A DNA stretch of 64,000 bases from the NCBI GenBank assembly GCA_002633005.1, contig NMRA01000508.1:204031-268030 (forward strand), in the 5' to 3' direction. The translations under genes were made by a program, and so were the position numbers. The DNA is from Phoronis australis. Its lineage: Eukaryota; Animalia; Phoronida. Below, one piece after another: positions 62,293 to 64,000 of the stretch; position 1 is the stretch's first letter; each line of letters begins with the position of its first letter. The notes under the pieces are model-generated. The model did not search any database and had not been told where the DNA came from. It was given only the letters and a program-made list of their open reading frames with translations.

Positions 62293-63526
62293 TTACACGT
62301 TGAAATGGAAATCTATCACGTCAGTTTTCACGTAACCTTTGGTTTTTAGGTTTGAAGGCTTGTACCGTGCAGAGGAGATATGCATCGCTTCTGCACCGTC
62401 CCTGAATGGACAAAAATTGGTTTTTAGCATTTGACTGCAGCTAACCAACAAGATCTTCCCATCCAGTGCAGATCTGTTGTCAAAGCCTACTTTCAATATT
62501 GGAGACAACGAACAAAGCCTTTGAAAAGGAACAGCTATTTTTAAAGTCATTTTGTTAAATTACTTATTCAGGTCCCGAGGGGGGATTGGCATGGGGGGTT
62601 GTAATATTTGGTACAACTGAATGTGTGGAAATAACAGGTAATACATGTTTGGGGAAAAGAGCATGGTGAGGTAATTCTTAACCTTCACGAAGTCCCTTCA
62701 AGTTGATTTCATGAAACTGTTTTGCTACTTGTATCAATTGTAAAACCACGAAAATATATTACATTTTCCGAATTCACAGTGACTGAATAGTCTTAACTCA
62801 TGCCTTGAAATGTTGCAAGTCGTTATAAATTCAAATGACTGCCATTTTTGTGAAAATTGCATTTTTGATGGTGCCTTACGATTTGTAATTACTCTTAAAC
62901 AACAGAAAGATTATCCATCATTTTTAAATGACCCAAGTCTTCATATCTTCTATTAGAAGGAAAACGGTTCCCTCAACCTTAGGCTAGAAGTATGCTTGAC
63001 AGACCCATGAACCTGTAATCTGAGTTTAAAATTGCTGAAAGTATCAAAATTAAAAAGGTTTGAAAGGTTTGAAGTTGTCTCAAAAAACTTGTATATTTTA
63101 CAGACAAGTGATGCCTTTAAAGAATTGTTATGGCTAGGGATAAAAAATAAAGACAGTTTTATGCAATACTCATTATAAACACCCTTGGTTTCTAAAAATA
63201 GTAATTATTTACTTTTATGTGAAACTGTAAAGCAATCACCATATATTTTTGAAAAACGGGTAACATTTTTGATCCAATCTGGAGTACTTAATTATTCATA
63301 TTTCAATATTTGTTCCAGGTTCAGTGACATATTAAGGCCACTTCAAGCTGTATCATAGACAAGCTTTGTTACTCCGTTCTCTTCCCACAGCACTTCCACA
63401 CACCAGCAGTGCTGCATGGCACAACGTGCAAGTCAGTGGCCCTGGAGAAATGTGAATCGCAGAACTACGTTACCGTAAGACAATGTGCCAGTGGAGTGCC
63501 TGTGTATCCAGACGAACTATATCTGA
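62293..63526 (-). CDS. Possible last two exons (63474-63526, 62293-62401) of an unidentified gene extending beyond the window
   Basis: Phase-2 join gives SDIVRLDTQALHWHIVL|RDGAEAMHISSARYKPSNLKTKGYVKTDVIDFHFNV*; splice sites plausible but another frame is also open and no family recognised. Confidence 0.3.
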
Positions 63527-64000
63527 CTGCTACACAAATAAGCCTTGTTGGTGAGGATGCCCTTTCATAGGCAATGAGTCATTGTGGACAATAGCTCATT
63601 TCCTTTCCTGGAACTATACGAGGGACTGAAGCTAAAGAAGACCTAGTAACACTCTGGTCTAGTTCAGAGTCTGATTTTGGGCTCAAAACGATTCAAGTGA
63701 TATGCTGCTGTGTTTACCGTCGATGTTATTGAGGCTGAATGAGGTTACATGAAAGAAAGCCACGTGTTGAAACTGGACCTTTTTACAAGCGCTTCTATAG
63801 GCCATTGAAACTAGAACCCAGTGAAATGAAAGCCAAAAGCTGAGTGACATTAAATTTTCCTTTCAGAAGAAAGGCTTTATACTATTGGTAAAAACTTTTC
63901 AATTTGGTATAGATTATGGGGAAATGACATTCAGTGACTGCATCGATTGTCTTATTGTATGTTTTCAATTGTAGCTAGCTGGATAAGAATCTGCTATGCA

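Overview
Eukaryotic, AT-rich, intron-rich animal DNA from a scaffolded assembly (two N gaps plus several single-N joins). The repeat style suggests a marine invertebrate such as an echinoderm, but the species cannot be fixed from sequence. I built three multi-exon gene models by hand with phase-checked splice sites. (1) A small + strand secreted-peptide precursor (15512-18449, 85 aa: signal peptide, acidic spacer, RRR, a 30-residue peptide ending ...NSLKF-G-RR-stop) that looks like an amidated neuropeptide gene I cannot assign to a family. (2) GTF3C4/TFIIIC90 on the - strand (50001-23658; 19 exons found, one probably lost in a gap). (3) METTL18/Hpm1 on the + strand (50140-59477; 8 exons, 296 aa). 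GTF3C4 and METTL18 are head-to-head with 138 bp between start codons, and each has one GT-AG U12-type intron. Mobile DNA includes a CR1/L2-like RT fragment, an inverted pair of Penelope GIY-YIG fragments, MITEs with TA, TTAA, 5-bp and 9-bp target duplications, a long palindromic element, and a Helentron/HINE-like element carrying a regular array of co-oriented CTCF-like motifs. Three tandem duplications joined by one N are probably uncollapsed haplotypes. Homology calls rest on recalled motifs; no database search was run.
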